NCBI RefSeq assembly: GCF_018977255.1
Contig: NW_024704742.1
Coordinates: 127,350,001-127,414,000 of the forward strand
Length of the DNA: 64,000 nt
Source of the DNA: Callorhinchus milii
Taxonomy: Eukaryota
Direction of reading: 5' to 3'
Below the pieces are notes generated by a model that was not told the DNA's origin, did no database searches, and saw only the letters and a program-made list of their open reading frames with translations. Position 1 is the stretch's first letter. Each line of letters opens with the position of its first letter. This document shows, one piece after another, positions 63,560 through 64,000 of this stretch. The translations under genes were made by a program, and so were the position numbers.

Positions 63560-64000
63560 AAACACGCCGTTGGTTCATTCCGTGCAGCCAAAGGGGCACG
63601 GAGCGCACACCGGGCACTTAGGAAAGGCTCAGAGAAAGGGCTGCTGCCACCGCTGCCAAAACAACACAACTGAAACTGAAACCGAAGCCGGAGGGCGGAG
63701 TGAACCTGGAAAGGGAACAATGTAACAGAATATTATTAATAAGAATAATAATCCTTGGATTTGGTATAGCGCCTTATCATGTCAGAATTCATCTATTTGT
63801 TGAACTTATTGGCTGTCATGGAGTCTAAACCTTTATTACACACAGGAGACTGACACCTGCAAAACCACTGACTGACTGTTTTGTTTTGTTTACTTCGTCA
63901 GCGGTTCCCCCCCCGCGGGCCCGGGTCTCCGCAGGGGGTCGGGGGGTGGGGAGACCGGCGAAAGCGGTCGCTGCCGCCGGTGCGGGCCGCGGGAGGGGGG
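63560..64000. promoter_or_regulatory. Edge of a CpG island near the EPG5 5' end
   Basis: Sharp rise in GC and CpG, especially 63895-64000, in an AT-rich locus, upstream of exon 2. Exon 1 not seen in the window. Confidence 0.65.

Noticed and set aside
63525..64000. EPG5 coding exon 1
   Set aside because: No MAE-type start with a phase-0 donor found on the minus strand; probably just beyond 64000.

Overview
Vertebrate genomic DNA, most likely from a cartilaginous fish. The CR1/L2 LINEs, Deu-domain SINEs and compact introns would fit a chimaera or elephant shark, but this is inference. Almost the whole window is one minus-strand gene, the autophagosome-lysosome tethering factor EPG5. I traced 39 coding exons by hand (exons 2-40, numbered by human orthology recalled from memory; 863-61690, 7117 coding nt). 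All splice phases are consistent and one intron has a GC-AG donor. Exon 1 is probably just beyond the GC-rich right edge, and the last exons lie left of base 1. The introns hold CR1 and L2 relics, a young tRNA-Ala-headed SINE with an L2-type tail, older Deu-type SINEs, three non-autonomous DNA transposons, a solo-LTR-like element, a 39-bp minisatellite and a 76-nt palindrome. There is no prokaryotic or CRISPR system. The strongest hypotheses are an inverted SINE pair bracketing the frame-symmetric, LIR-encoding exons 7-10, paired LYPx(L/I) motifs in exon 2, and candidate poison exons. Repeat boundaries are approximate.
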